Shown here: one piece after another, positions 23,551 through 36,464 of the stretch | Numbering within the stretch: the first letter of the stretch is position 1 | Layout: each line of letters opens with the position of its first letter | Assembly (NCBI GenBank): GCA_964016885.1 | Contig: OZ024766.1 | Location: forward strand, 4,340,001 to 4,404,000 | DNA length: 64,000 nt | Direction of reading: 5' to 3' | Origin: Eledone cirrhosa | Taxonomy: Eukaryota | Program-made: the position numbers and the translations under genes | The notes under the pieces: model-generated | What the model was told of the DNA's origin: nothing | Databases searched by the model: none | Seen by the model: only the letters and a program-made list of their open reading frames with translations

Positions 23551-24507
23551 TAAATGGAAATATATACATATATATATATACATGAATATGTATATATACA
23601 TATAGATACATGTATATATATACATATAAATATATAATATACAACATATCATTTGTATGTTAAAATAATAGAATAAAATTATTCCTACTACGGCAGTTCG
23701 ATATCGAACCTCTCACCTCGTTACGAAACAATAAATACCCATTACTCCTACCAACGAAGCTACCAGAAAACTTGTCGAAAGTTTTATATTTAAAGTATTA
23801 CAACCTTAAATTTATTTATTTAATTATAAATACAGAAAGTGTAGAGATAAATAAAACTTCAAAATAATCATAATATCCGACATTGTTTTGAGAAGAATAG
23901 TGTAAAATTGACACCGGTTTAGGGGTTCCACGTAACCCTTGCCCTCTCGATCCCATGGTAACTTGATGTTCAGATTAAAGAGAGGTGTGCAATAAATTAA
24001 TTATTTGATATTTATTCATTAATACCAAACAAGGAACAAGATGCCGGGAAAGAAATTTAAAAAAATTGCCTTCGTATATAAAAAAAAATTTCAGCCATTA
24101 CCCTCCCATGATGCAACAGTAGAGGTAAATACTTTGACGATTTAGCGACATCAGTTCCCCAGATTTCTCTCAGCCGAAATCTCAAGAACGATAACTCTGT
24201 CTTTACTTAATCGCAAAAATGGGTGCAAAAAAGTTTCAGTTGACGAAGGGAATTCGTGTTTTTATTACTAATGATTAAATATTTAGGTGGCAAGGGTTAC
24301 GTGGACCCCTAAACCGGTGTCAATTTTACATTCTCAAAACAATGTCGGATATTATCTACACTTTCCGTGTTTTTAATACTTTAAATATTACAGCAAGTTT
24401 TCTGGTAGCTTCGTTGGTAGGAGTAATGAGTATTCATTGTTTCGTAACGAGGTGAGAGGTTCGATATCGAACTGCCGTAGTAGGAATAATTTTATTCTAT
24501 TATTTTA
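23551..24507. mobile_element. Foldback-like element, copy 2, with its core inverted relative to copy 1
   Basis: 23944-24288 is the reverse complement of 18137-18481, while the upstream flanks are colinear. Confidence 0.88.
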
Positions 24508-24582
24508 TATATATACATACCTATCTACAAGGTGAGAGGTTCGATCTAGAGCTGGCGTTGCAGAAATAAGTTACAATGTGTT

Positions 24583-24622
<40 letters not shown>

Positions 24623-24660
24623 GTATATATACATATGTATATATATATATATATATATAC

Positions 24661-24702
<42 letters not shown>

Positions 24703-24816
24703 GTATATATATATATATATATACATACATATACTATATATATATATATAGATATGTATATATACATATAGTTATGTAATAAACAACATAAGGCAATCAT
24801 TTAATTTACCAGTGGT

Positions 24817-24968
24817 TTCTTAAAAGCAAAAAAATGTTGCTTTCAATCATCAGAATGAAAAAATCCTGGTGTATTTATTGGCGTTGGATTTTAACATCCA
24901 ACGCCAATAAATACACCAGGATTTTTTCATTCTGATGATTGAAAGCAACATTTTTCTGCTTTTAAGAA
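24817..24968. repeat. Near-perfect palindrome: 73-bp arms, 6-nt centre, 1 mismatch
   Basis: ttcttaaaagca...attggcgttggat|tttaac|atccaacgccaat...tgcttttaagaa. Confidence 0.93.
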
Positions 24969-25314
24969 GAAGAGTAACTTGGTGGTGGAAGAGAAAATTA
25001 AGGTCACCCTTCACCAACTAAGTACCCCCACTAAACATACCTCTCCACCCACCCCCTCCTTATGCTCTCCTGCCTTTCCACATTGTGTTAGTGCCATGAC
25101 AAAAGAGCATCTAGTCCTCCTGCTAAGATAACCTGGTAAAACAGCAAGTAGCTCTCCCTGCAAGGTACCTGTCCAGGTCACATGGCAAATAAACATCCAG
25201 TAGACACCACTCAGCCACTTTATCCACTATATCCCCATCCATGCACCCCTACACTACCCTGCCACTTCTGACCACACAACCCTTACACTATGAAGTTATG
25301 TTGGTATCACAATA

Positions 25315-27925
25315 ACACCCAGTCCTCACTGTAAAGTGGTCGTGTCGGGGTCAATAAAAAGCACCCAGTCCACACTGTAAAGTATTCATGTAGGTGTCAC
25401 AACAAAAAGCACCCAGTCAACACTGTAAAGTGTTCGTGCAGGAGTCACAACAAAAAGTACCCAGTACACACTGTAAAGTGGTCATGTAGGTGTCACAACA
25501 AACAGCACCCAGTCCACACTGTAAAGTGGTCATGTAGGTGTCACATCAAAAAGTACCCAGTACACACTGTAAAGTGGTCATGTAGGTGTCATAACAAAAA
25601 GTACCCAGTACCCACTGTAAAGTGGTCATGTAGGTGTCACAACAAAAAGCACCCAGTCCACACTGTAAAGTGGTCATGTAGGTGTCACATCAAAAAGTAC
25701 CCAGTACACACTGTAAAGTGGTCATGTAGGTGTCACAACAAAAAGTACCCAGTACGCACTGTAAAGTGGTCATGTAGGTGTCACAACAAAAAGTACCCAG
25801 TACACACTGTAAAGTGGTCATGTAGGTGTCATAACAAAAAGTACCCAGTACGCACTGTAAAGTGGTCATGTAGGTGTCACAACAAAAGGTACCCAGTACA
25901 CACTGTAAAGTGGTCATGTAGGTGTCACAACAAAAAGTACCCAGTACACACTGTAAAGTGGTCATGTAGGTGTCACGATAGAACGCTCCCAGTCCGCACT
26001 GTAAAGTGGTCAGGTAGGTGTCACAACAAAAAGCACCCAGTACACACTAAAGTGGTCATGTAGGTGTCACAACAAAAAGTACCCAGTACACACTGTAAAG
26101 TGGTCATGTAGATGTCACAACAAAAAGTGCCCAGTACACACTGTAAAGTGGTCATGTAGGTGTCACAACACAAAGCACCCAGTCCACACTGTAAGGTGGT
26201 CATGTAGGTGTCACAACAAAAAGCACCCAGCCCACACTGTAAGGTGGTCATGTAGGTGTCACAACACAAAGCACCCAGTCCACACTGTAAAGTGGTCATG
26301 TAGGTGTCATAACAAAAAGCACCCAGTACACACTGTAAAGTGGTCATGTAGGTGTCACAACAAAAAGTACCCAGTACACACTGTAAAGTGGTCATGTAGA
26401 TGTCACAACAAAAAGTGCCCAGTACACACTGTAAAGTGGTCATGTAGGTGTCACAACACAAAGCACCCAGTCCACACTGTAAGGTGGTCATGTAGGTGTC
26501 ACAACAAAAAGCACCCAGTCCACACTGTAAAGTGGTCATGTAGGTGTCATAACAAAAAGCACCCAGTACATACTGTAAAGTGGTCATGTAGGTGTCACAT
26601 CAAAAAGTACCCAGTACACACTGTAAAGTGGTCATGTAGGTGTCACAACAAAAAGTACCCAGTACACACTGTAAAGTGGTCATGTAGGTGTCATAACAAA
26701 AAGCACCCAGTACACATTGTAAAGTGGTCATGTAGGTGTCACAACAAAAAGCACCCAGTACACACTGTAAAGTGGTCATGTAGGTGTCATAACAAAAAGC
26801 ACCCAGTACACACTGTAAAGTGGTCATGTAGGTGTCACAACAAAAAGCACCCAGTACACACTGTAAAGTGGTCATGTAGGTGTCACAACAAAAAGTACCC
26901 AGTACACATTGTAAAGTGGTCATGTAGGTGTCATAACAAAAAGCACCCAGTACACATTGTAAAGTGGTCATGTAGGTGTCATGACAAAAAGCACCCAGTA
27001 CACATTGTAAAGTGGTCATGTAGGTGTCATAACAAAAAGCACCCAGTACACATTGTAAAGTGGTCATGTAGGTGTCATAACAAAAAGCACCCAGTACACA
27101 TTGTAAAGTGGTCATGTAGGTGTCATAACAAAAAGCACCCAGTACACATTGTAAAGTGGTCATGTAGGTGTCATAACAAAAAGCACCCAGTACACATTGT
27201 AAAGTGGTCATGTAGGTGTCACAACAAAAAGTACCCAGTACACACTGTAAAGTGTTCATGTAGATGTCATGTCGCGACAAAAAGCACCCAGTACACACTG
27301 TAAAGTGGTCATGTAGGTGTCACATCAAAAAGCACCCAGTACACACTGTAAAGTGGTCATGTAGGTGTCACATCAAAAAGTACCCAGTACACATTGTAAA
27401 GTGGTCATGTAGGTGTCATAACAAAAAGTACCCAGTCCACACTGTAAAGTGGTCATGTAGGTGTCATAACAAAAAGTACCCAGTCCACATTGTAAAGTGG
27501 TCATGTAGGTGTCATAACAAAAAGTACCCAGTACACACTGTAAAGTGGTCATGTAGGTGTCACATCAAAAAGTACCCAGTCCACACTGTAAAGTGGTCAT
27601 GTAGGTATCATAACAAAAAGCACCCAGTCCACACTGTAAAGTGGTCATGTAGGTGTCACAACAAAAAGCACCCAGTACACACTGTAAAGTGTTCATGTAG
27701 ATGTCATGTCGCGACAAAAAGCACCCAGTACACACTGTAAAGTGGTCATGTAGGTGTCATAACAAAAAGCAACCAGTCCACACTGTAAAGTGGTCATGTA
27801 GGTGTCACAACAAAAAGCACCCAGTCTACACTGTAAAGTGGTCATGTAGGTGTCACAACAAAAAGCACCCAGTACACACTGTAAAGTGGTCATGACGAAA
27901 AGCACCCAGTACACACTGTAAAATG
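25315..27925 (+). repeat. 48-bp minisatellite (~54 copies) derived from a SINE-associated segment
   Basis: Unit caaaaagcacccagtacacactgtaaagtggtcatgtaggtgtcacaa. The last copy runs into ...taggaagggcat, as in the SINE body at 2140-2230. Confidence 0.93.
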
Positions 27926-27949
27926 GTTGACAATAGGAAGGGCATAGAG

Positions 27950-30597
27950 CAGTTATGGGCAACCTGCAGTCCACGAAGCTTTCTGAATGGTTCGCCTAAG
28001 TCACCTGAGTGAAATCTTTCTGGTTTTTTTACCTTAACTTTTCAGCCATAATTTATCTTTCTATCATTTTTACGATCGAGGAAAACAACATGTAGGAATT
28101 CTGAAGAAACAAATCATAATAACCTGAGTTACTGCCCCTGTTTTTTAATGTGGGCGCGAATGTAAATTAGCGCTTGCAGCCCACCTGATGATGAGACATA
28201 TCCCCTGTGGCCTGCCTGATGATAAGCCATATCTCATGTGGCCTGCCTGATGATGAGCTATATCTCATGTGGCCTGCCTGATGATGAGCCATATCTCATG
28301 TGGCCCGCCTGATGATGAGCTATATCTCATGTGGCCTGCCTGATGATGAGCCATATCTCATGTGGCCCACCTGATGATGAGCTATATCTCATGTGGCCTG
28401 CCTGATGATGAGCCATAGCTCATGTGGCCTGCCTGATGATAAGCCATATCTCATGTGGCCTGCCTGATGATGAGCCATATCTCATGTGGCCTGCCTGATG
28501 ATGAGCCATATCTCATGTGGCCTGCCTGATGATGAGCCATATCTCATGTGGCCCACCTGATGATGAGCTATATCTCATGTGGCCTGCCTGATGATGAGCC
28601 ATAGCTCATGTGGCCTGCCTGATGATGAGACATATCTCATGTGGCCTGCCTGATGCTGAGCCATATCTCATGTGGCCTGCCTGATGATGAGCCATATCTC
28701 ATGTGGCCCACCTGATGATGAGCCATATCTCATGTGGCCTGCCTGATGATGAGCCATATCTCATGTGGCCCGCCTGATGATGAGCCATATCTCATGTGGC
28801 CTGCCTGATGATGAGCCATATCTCATGTGGCCTGCCTGATGATAAGCCATATCTCATGTGGCCTGCCTGATGATGAGCCATATCTCATGTGGCCTGCCTG
28901 ATGATAAGCCATATCTCATGTGGCCTGCCTGATGATAAGCCATATCTCATGTGGCCTGCCTGATGATGAGCCATATCTCATGTGGCCTGCCTGATGATAA
29001 GCCATATCTCATGTGGCCTGCCTGATGATAAGCCATAGCTCATGTGGCCTGCCTGATGATAAGCTATATCTCATGTGGCCTGCCTGATGATAAGCCATAT
29101 CTCATGTGGCCTGCCTGATGATGAGCCATATCTCATGTGGCCTGCCTGATGATAAGCCATATCTCATGTGGCCTGCCTGATGATAAGCCATAGCTCATGT
29201 GGCCTGCCTGATGATAAGCTATATCTCATGTGGCCTGCCTGATGATAAGCTATATCTCATGTGGCCTGCCTGATGATAAGCTATATCTCATGTGGCCTGC
29301 CTGATGATGAGCTATATCTCATGTGGCCTGCCTGATGATGAGCTATATCTCATGTGGCCTGCCTGATGATGAGCTATATCTCATGTGGCCTGCCTGATGA
29401 TGAGCTATATCTCATGTGGCCTGCCTGATGATGAGCTATATCTCATGTGGCCTGCCTGATGATAAGCTATATCTCATGTGGCCTGCCTGATGATGAGCTA
29501 TATCTCATGTGGCCTGCCTGATGATAAGCCATATCTCATGTGGCCCACCTGATGATGAGCCATATCTCATGTGGCCTGCCTGATGATAAGCTATATCTCA
29601 TGTGGCCTGCCTGATGATAAGCCATATCTCATGTGGCCTGCCTGATGATGAGCCATATCTCATGTGGCCTGCCTGATGATAAGCCATATCTCATGTGGCC
29701 TGCCTGATGATAAGCCATAGCTCATGTGGCCTGCCTGATGATAAGCTATATCTCATGTGGCCTGCCTGATGATAAGCTATATCTCATGTGGCCCACCTGA
29801 TGATGAGCTATATCTCATGTGGCCTGCCTGATGATGAGCTATATCTCATGTGGTCTGCCTGATGATGAGCTATATCTCATGTGGCCCACCTGATGATGAG
29901 CTATATCTCATGTGGCCCACCTGATGATGAGCTATATCTCATGTGGCCCACCTGATGATGAGCTATATCTCATGTGGCCCACCTGATGATGAGCCATATC
30001 TCATGTGGCCCACCTGATGATGAGCTATATCTCATGTGGCCTGCCTGATGATGAGCCATATCTCATGTGGCCCACCTGATGATGAGCCATAGCTCATGTG
30101 GCCTGCCTGATGATAAGCCATATCTCATGTGGCCTGCCTGATGATGAGCTATATCTCATGTGGCCTGCCTGATGATGAGCCATAGCTCATGTGGCCTGCC
30201 TGATGATGAGACTTATTTCATGTGGCCTGCCTGATGATGAGCTATATCTCATGTGGCCTGCCTGATGATGAGCCATATCTCATGTGGCCTGCCTGATGAT
30301 GAGCTATATCTCATGTGGCCTGCCTGATGATGAGCTATATCTCATGTGGCCCACCTGATGATGAGCCATATCTCATGTGGCCTGCCTGATGATGAGCTAT
30401 ATCTCATGTGGCCTGCCTGATGATGAGCCATAGCTCATGTGGCCTGCCTGATGATGAGCTATATCTCATGTGGCCTGCCTGATGATAAGCCATATCTCAT
30501 GTGGCCTGCCTGATGATAAGCCATATCTCATGTGGCCCACCTGATGATGAGCCATATCTCATGTGGCCCGCTTCTCGAAAAAGGTTATCCATGCCTA
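27950..30597. mobile_element. hAT-like MITE inflated by an internal 31-bp satellite
   Basis: Ends cagttatgggcaacct / aggttatccatgccta form an imperfect TIR. The 8-bp flanks gcatagag / gagtagag resemble a TSD. It interrupts the host SINE-like sequence ggaagggcat|...|tcatagaaaccaagcc. Confidence 0.65.
28180..30570 (+). repeat. 31-bp minisatellite, ~77 copies
   Basis: Unit gccatatctcatgtggcctgcctgatgatga at 28443, 28474 and onward. Confidence 0.96.
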
Positions 30598-31399
30598 GAG
30601 TAGAGTCATAGAAACCAAGCCAGAAACAGTCCTCTATAAACACGACACAGTCACCTGACTCAACTTGCCTCTAATGGGACAATCCGTCTAACCCATGCTA
30701 GCTTGGAAAATGGACGTTTAACGACGATGATGATGATGATGATGCACACTATAAGGTGGTCAAGTTACTGGAACGAATGAAGGTGTGCTGGGCAGAAGTT
30801 ACTGATTGGTATTCCTACGCCGCCGACTTACAGGCCCGGCGACTGACGAAGCACAACCAAATTGTTCCTCGACGATAAGGTAGTGCCATTGCTTACTACA
30901 GTTCTGTATGAGCAAAACACAAACATCTGACTTGATACGCCACACAATGGGACGACTGCTCTAACCTATGGTAACATGGAAAAATGGGCGTTAAACGTTA
31001 ATGATATATATATATATATTGTTATACTTTGGGAGAGTCATGTTGCCAATAAGAAACACACGCACCATTGTGTCACTCTAATTTATTATAAATTTAAGAA
31101 TTTACAAATTTCCGGTTGGTTGGTTGGTTCCACAACCGGACGCTTGTTCATATATTGTCAAAGTTCTTTCGTCACACATTCTGTGACCTCTTCAGTGACT
31201 AGGAATTCTTCTCTTTGTGTTGTGCCTCTCCTGTGTTCTGCCCTACGCCATCTTGTTTTTTCAACACGCGTTCTTTCAACACACGTTTTCAGATAAAGAA
31301 TCTTGCTAAACAAATTCATATATATATATATAGTCATCTCTCTATGTATAGATAAATAGAAAGAGTGAGGGATATACATATCTCCATGACTAAAGAAAG

Positions 31400-31593
31400 A
31401 AAGCTACTTCATTGTGACAAGATACGAATCTGTGGCTAAAGAATAAGAAGATACACCAACGTTAATGGCGGACAAAGAAAAAATGATGAAATCTTTGGAA
31501 ATTCTTATTTAACAACAACAAGGAGATTATTTATTTGATTGTTTAATAAAATATAAGAAGACAACACATTGATTACATGGGAAGAGGGTAAGT
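31400..31593 (+). promoter_or_regulatory. Putative first (non-coding) exon of subfamily B ZNF genes, with a uORF and a splice donor
   Basis: Homologous to 57548-57734 and 63905-64000. uORF 31465-31512 reads MADKEKMMKSLEILI*; donor AGG|GTAAGT at 31588. Confidence 0.5.
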
Positions 31594-32289
31594 TGAGAAA
31601 GATTTACTTGAAGTCTATAATAATGTGTGTAAATAATAGAATTATGTGAACCTTTCAACGATACAGTAATTATATACAAGTGAAAATATTTAACAACTTT
31701 GGACATATTTCTTCCTCGTCACTTTTATATACAGGAAAATACTTCTAGGCTGAAATGTTGTCTTATTTTACAATAGCTAGATTCTACTGTTACATGTGAT
31801 ATAAAATAGATTGTTATTATGAGTGTCTTTATTATTTAAATTACCTCCGTCTATTTAATCATGTTATTCACTACCTTGTATTATAATGTGTAGTTTAGGT
31901 CAATTTATACAACACAACCCTCCATTTCAGTGCGAAAATAATTTCTTTCCTCGGTTATTTCGTGTGCTATCAACTAATCTAACTTCCAAGATTCTCACAA
32001 TCGATTTTGTTTTCCGGAGAACAGAAACCCTAATCCGGGAGAAAAGTCGATTGGGAGCACCTTGGGGGTCAGATTATTTACCACCAAGAGAAGACGGTGT
32101 AAATCTGCGAAACCCCCGTTCAACTTTTGGCTCCCATTTCACCCTCCCTATTCGACAGATCTTGATATATTTCTTTATTAGACACAAGGGCGCACAAGAA
32201 AAGTTGACAAAACAAAGACATGCCTAGGATTTTACATACAGTCGTGTAAAAATATTGAAACAAACGATCATAACAATCGAAATCCCCAA

Positions 32290-33205
32290 TAGGTGGGAGG
32301 TGCCACTAATGGGTTGTTTAATACCCCGTAGATAGAACAACCCTCAACTCCAGGAGCGTGTTGTGCAAGTGCTCCTTTCTTTCTTTTGCTCTCTTCTTCA
32401 ACCTACAGGTTTATATACAGAGAAGGCCCAATCCCTCGGGCCATTGTTGCCACATTCACCCACCTTTCAGTAAATTTACTGGGGTGCAGTGCCTCTCTCT
32501 CCACTCTGATTCTCCTTCTAAAGTGATACTTAAAGAAGGGAATGAGTTGTTGTCCGGAGAGAAACGCATCTGTCCTCAGTCCTCTCAACCTCGTCCACCA
32601 TATAACACCTTTCAGTAAACTTACTGGGGTGCAGTGCCTCTCTCTCCACTCTGATTCTCCTTCTAAAGTGGTACCTAAAGAAGGGAATGAGTTGTTGTCC
32701 GGAGAGAAAGGCATCTGTCCTCAGTCCTCTCAACCTCGTCCACCATATAACACCTTTCAGTAAATTTACTGGAGTGCAGTGCCTCTCTCTCCACCCTGAT
32801 TCTCCTTCTAAAGTGGTACCTAAAGAAGGGAATGAGTTGTTGTCCGGAGAGAAAGGCATCTGTCCTCAGTCCTCTCAACCTCGTCCACCATATAACACCT
32901 TTCAGTAAACTTACTGGGGTGCAGTGCCTCTCTCTCCACTCTGATTCTCCTTCTAAAGTGATACTTAAAGAAGGGAATGAGTTGTTGTCCGGAGAGAAAG
33001 GCATCTGTCCTCAGTCCTCTCAACCTCGTCCACCATATAACACCTTTCAGTAAACTTACTGGGGTGCAGTGCCTCTCTCTCCGCCCTGATTCTCCTTCTA
33101 AAGAATACTTAAAGAAGGGAATCAATTGTTGTCCGGAGAGAAAGGCATCTGTCCTCAATCCTCTCAATCTCGTCCACCATATAACCTCTTTCATCATAGC
33201 CACTG
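32290..33205 (-). mobile_element. L1/Tx1-like LINE C-terminal fragment with 5 tandem 145-bp units (32460-33190)
   Basis: The period of 145 is seen in ORF starts 32542, 32687, 32832 and 32977. The minus strand reads KEVIWWTRLRGL...FFKYHFRRRIRVERE...FTERW. Confidence 0.6.
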
Positions 33206-33571
33206 TACAGATCTTGATAGATAGATTAATAAATAATTTTTTAGTAGAAAGAAGCTTCGCATCCTATGACACTAGCTCTTGATTTTTGTTCACCTGTCCG
33301 TCCCCCAAGAACTTATCCAATCTTATTTCAAATTTAAGTATCGATTTCGCCTCTACTACTTCGCTAGGCAGTTTTTTTCCATATGTCGACCACTCTGTAG
33401 CAGAACGATATTTTCTTTAAGTCTTGCTCCTTTTTTTGAACGAATAGGCTATGTAGCCGGTAAACCCTAAAGGGACGCAACACACATCGCTATAGCGTTT
33501 CACCAGCCCCTTCCGTCTGTTGTCTGTATCTGTTTATGTGTAGATGTGTGTGTGTAACTAAAATGTACATA

Positions 33572-34325
33572 ACACACACTGTAAAGTGGTCATGTAGGTG
33601 TCACAACAAAAAGCACCCAGCCCACACTGTAAAGTGGTCATGTAGGTGTCACAACAAAAAGCACCCAGTCCACACTGTAAAGTGGTCATGTAGGTGTCAC
33701 AACAAAAAGCACCCAGTCCACACTGTAAAGTGGTCATGTAGGTGTCACAACAAAAAGTACCCAGCCCACACTGTAAAGTGGTTGTGTAGGTGTCATGACA
33801 AAAAGCACCCAGTCCACACTGTAAAGTGGTCATGTAGGTGTCACAACAAAAAGTACCCAGTCCACACTGTAAAGTGGTTGTGTAGGTGTCATGACAAAAA
33901 GCACCCAGTCCACACTGTAAAGTGGTCATGTAGGTGTCATGAGAAAAAGCACCCAGTCCACACTGTAAAGTGGTCATGTAGGTGTCATAACAAAAAGCAC
34001 CCAGTCCACACTGTAAAGTGGTCATGTAGGTGTCACGACAAAAAAGCACCCAGCCCACAGTAAAGTGGTCGTGTAGGTGTTACGACAAAAAAGCACTGTC
34101 CACACTGTAAAGTGTCCATGGAGGTGTCATGGTAAAAAAAGCACCCAGTACTCACTGTAAATGAGGTTGGCATTAGGAAGGGCATCCTGCTGTAGAAATG
34201 AGACCAGAATCAGTTCTGTATGAACAAGACAAGGTCACCTGAACTGGCTTGTATCACAACAGGAAAACTCTTCTTGCTCATGCTAGCGTGGAAGAATGGA
34301 CGTAAAACGGTGATGATGATGGTGA
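33572..34325 (+). repeat. 48-bp minisatellite (~12 copies) followed by a SINE/RTE tail
   Basis: Same unit as 25315-27925; ends atggacgtaaaacggtgatgatgat. Confidence 0.9.
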
Positions 34326-34397
34326 TATTTCGTGTAAGAAATATCTAATTGCAACATTTCAGTCTTGCTGGCAGGTTATAGCTTTGGAAATTTTAGT

Positions 34398-34768
34398 ATC
34401 ATCATCATCATCATCCCTGCTTGCAAGGGTGGGACGGGAACCGATTCTGGCTTGATTTCTAAAGCTGGATGCCCTTCCTAACACCAACCTCATTTACAGT
34501 GAGTGCTGGGTGCTTTTTTGCTGTGGCACCTCCACGACCACTTTACAGTGTGGGCTGGGTGCTTTTTTTACTGTGGCACCTCCACGACCACTTTGCAGTG
34601 GAATGATATGGACCCCAGTCCCTCTCATCTCATTTCTACAGCTGAGTAAACTGGAGCAATGTGAAATAAAGTGTCTTGCTCAAGGAAACAACACATCACC
34701 CGGTCTGAGAATTGAACTCGCGGCCTTTCGATTGCAAGGCCAATGCTCTAACCACTAAGCCATGTGCC
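34398..34768 (-). mobile_element. CORE-like tRNA SINE
   Basis: Reverse complement of 1970-2312. Confidence 0.8.
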
Positions 34769-34791
34769 ATCATATTAAATAAAATCGTTAA

Positions 34792-35982
34792 TCTATCTCT
34801 CTATATAAAATTCTTTGTCTCTCTCTATGTCTGTCTGTCTCCTATATATTCTCAAATGGCTGGATCAAATCAAATTTTACAAGGTAATAGTATTAGACCC
34901 CAGGAGTGTCAACATGTAATTTTTATTTCCATTTGGATTAAAACAACACATTTTATGTAAAATAATCTTTCTATAGGACATTTTATACCACCACAATGAA
35001 GTCACATTTTGTATATGAGTGTGTATGTGTCTGTGAGTGTGTGTGTGTTTTTGTGAATTTGTTACGTATGTTCGGCTTCAGAGTCCTGACTCGTTATAAT
35101 ATATATCATCTTCCACGCTAGCATGGGCAGGGCAGGCTATCCCTTTGTGAGGGATCAGGTCAGGGGGCTGTGATTTGTTGAAACAGAACTGATTTTTGCT
35201 TAGTTTCTAAGACTGAATGCCCTTCCTAATGCAAACCACATTTACAGTGTATGCTGGGTGTTTTTTGTGCCAAGAAACACACATACATATAGCCTTATTA
35301 AGTTGCATACACATTATCTTCACACACACACACATACATATACATGTGTTGACTGTGCGTGAATGTATGTCTATGTGTGTCTGACTTAGTATATGTATGT
35401 GAGTATATGTGTGCGTGAATGTATGTCTGTTTTAGTATATGTATGTGAGTGTATGTGTGATAATTTTTATTTTCATTTAGATTAAAACAATAGAAAGCAA
35501 CACAATGATGTCACATTTTGTATAAGAAAATGTCTGTGAGTGTGTGTGTGTGTTCATTCGGTATGTTATTAAATACACACACACATCTACACATACATAT
35601 ACGACAACTGACAAAAAACATTAGGTAAAAAGCTATGCGTGTGTCTGCATGAATGTATGTCTGTCTGTGTATGTCTGTCTTAGTATATGTATGAGAGTAT
35701 GTCTGTCTTAGTATATGTATTAGTATATGTATGAGAGTGGAGCAACAATTTATTCATTTGGACATCAACAAGAAATTACACAATGAATATTGTTTACCCT
35801 GAGGTGCTTCAAGATTGATAGAGTTTCATTTCTAAATTCTATTATCATTACAATTTTGATATTTTTAAAAATAAAATATAGATATTTTGAAATAATTATA
35901 AGAAAAAAAAACATATCTACATCTTTATTGTTTACTAATCTGAAACAGCAGTAACCCGGGCAATGTCGGGTAATTCAGCTAG
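34792..35982 (+). mobile_element. Non-autonomous Helitron
   Basis: 5' a|TCtatctctctatataaa; 3' hairpin cccgggcaatgtcggg followed by CTAG|t. Inserted between A and T. Confidence 0.65.
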
Positions 35983-36464
35983 TTAATAATAAATAATATA
36001 ATATATATTTTGTCTAAATAAATATATATTTTTTTATTTTACTATATATCCAATTAAGTTAAAAATGTACATCCACATATGTATACTGAAATACTAGTAT
36101 GCATATGAATACACACACGTATACATATGTAGATGTACCGAGTTCTTCACTGGTCACTTTACTGTGAGTGTCCAGCTATTCTGTATGTAAACACACAGAC
36201 AAACCGGTTTTTAGAGTCATACTGGTTTTTGAGGAAACACCTTTCCTCTATTCTCCAGAAAGCCAGACAAGGAATATTGAACTAGTTTCGTTGTTGTTAC
36301 AACTCATCAGCAATATTTACCTATCTACCGGCCTTTCTAGAGAATCGTAAAAGCACATATCGTTATATGCTTTTTCTATATAATATTTATCATTTGATAT
36401 TTAATCATCATCATCATCATCACCGTTTTACGTCCGTTCTTCCACGCTAGCATGGGTTAGCATC

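Larger units (their letters stand above)
19042..24507 (+). repeat. Tandem segmental duplication, unit 2
   Basis: Colinear with 12462-19041 except for one extra finger, different minisatellite copy numbers, a deletion near 21852, a missing SINE and an inverted foldback core. Confidence 0.92.

Noticed and set aside
24585-24770. ORFs in (TA)n tracts here and elsewhere
   Set aside because: Simple microsatellite translation (YIYI).
25315-30570. CRISPR-like arrays (48-bp and 31-bp periodicity)
   Set aside because: These are head-to-tail repeats with no unique spacers, there are no cas genes, and the context is eukaryotic.
28180-30570. Box C/D snoRNA array or hammerhead array (CTGA-TGATGA in each 31-bp unit)
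   Set aside because: The units are too short for a C/D guide RNA and lack the GAAA hammerhead strand. A MITE subterminal origin explains them.
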